A stretch of 64,000 nucleotides of DNA, taken from the NCBI GenBank assembly GCA_017501145.1, contig JAFVXL010000059.1, positions 382-64,381 on the forward strand, written 5' to 3'. The stretch is from Clostridia bacterium. GTDB taxonomy: Bacteria; Bacillota; Clostridia; Christensenellales; Pumilibacteraceae. Under the pieces are notes generated by a model that worked only from the letters and a program-made list of their open reading frames with translations, ran no database searches and had not been told where the DNA came from. The position numbers and the translations under genes are program-made. Of this stretch, positions 63,895-64,000 are shown piece by piece (the stretch's first letter is position 1; each line of letters starts with the position of its first letter).

Positions 63895-64000
63895 ATTCTT
63901 CTATTGTTATTGACTCAATAACTACGGGCTCGCACGGAACGTCGTCGTAGTACATCCAGCGAGTTGTTTTTACCTTGCTTATAGCGATTGCATTGTCGAG
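63893..64000 (-). CDS. C-terminal fragment of a probable cyclophilin-type peptidyl-prolyl isomerase (gene runs off the window)
   Basis: The minus-strand frame reads ...KVKTTRWMYYDDVPCEPVVIESITIEE-stop, like the ...D.P...VVI.S... C-termini of cyclophilins. Only 35 codons are visible. Confidence 0.35.
   Translation of the reverse strand, partial: LDNAIAISKVKTTRWMYYDDVPCEPVVIESITIEE

Noticed and set aside
1-64000. CRISPR arrays, IS elements, transposases, prophage genes and known defence-system genes
   Set aside because: I scanned the window for regularly spaced direct repeats and for recombinase, nuclease or helicase-type ORFs outside housekeeping genes. None was found. The only repeats are coding (LRR modules, the S20 tail, the binding-protein insertion) or short palindromes.

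Overview
The window looks like a chromosomal segment from a spore-forming Firmicute, probably a Clostridia-like organism. The clues are gpr, yyaC, mrnC, pth-mfd, a PrsA-like lipoprotein, TTG/GTG starts and strong AGGAGG ribosome-binding sites. I did no database search; every call rests on motif and family recognition by eye from the ORF track and sequence.

Most of the window is housekeeping:
- trxA, pepV and gltX-mrnC-thyA-folA-rlmB-tpiA-gpmI
- rpsT, gpr, murI, pth-mfd and the tmRNA gene ssrA
- guaA, trkA/trkH, birA-bioY and one tRNA-Ser(CGA)
- rsmA, pckA, and MATE, AEC and MacB-type transporters

I found no CRISPR array, transposase, integrase, prophage or recognisable defence gene.

The most unusual region is a ~16-kb same-strand cluster at about 31.9-48.3 kb. 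A divergent TetR gene, a strong promoter and a perfect palindrome sit in front of these genes, in order:
- a MaoC-type dehydratase, an acyl-CoA dehydrogenase, EtfB and EtfA, a thiolase and a FabG-type reductase
- a KASIII-like enzyme whose stop lies 3 nt from livH
- a Liv-type ABC importer (LivH, LivM, a LivG with a ~210-aa coiled-coil N-terminal extension, LivF) and an oversized binding protein bracketed by a 14-nt inverted repeat
- a family-I CoA-transferase and two alpha/beta hydrolases

I read this as a self-contained module for import, CoA activation and (R)-specific beta-oxidation or butyrogenesis, with an unknown substrate. That reading is an inference, not a demonstrated system.

Smaller oddities:
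- ribosomal protein S20 carries an ~85-aa Lys/Ala/Glu-rich tail
- trkH is interrupted by one in-frame TAA
- guaA encodes only the ATP-pyrophosphatase half
- an SPFH protein is translationally coupled to a ribbon-helix-helix protein next to ssrA
- an acidic double zinc-ribbon protein sits next to a small Cys-His-Asp protein
- an AT-rich secreted S8 protease is fused to leucine-rich repeats
- several orphan proteins have no recognisable family
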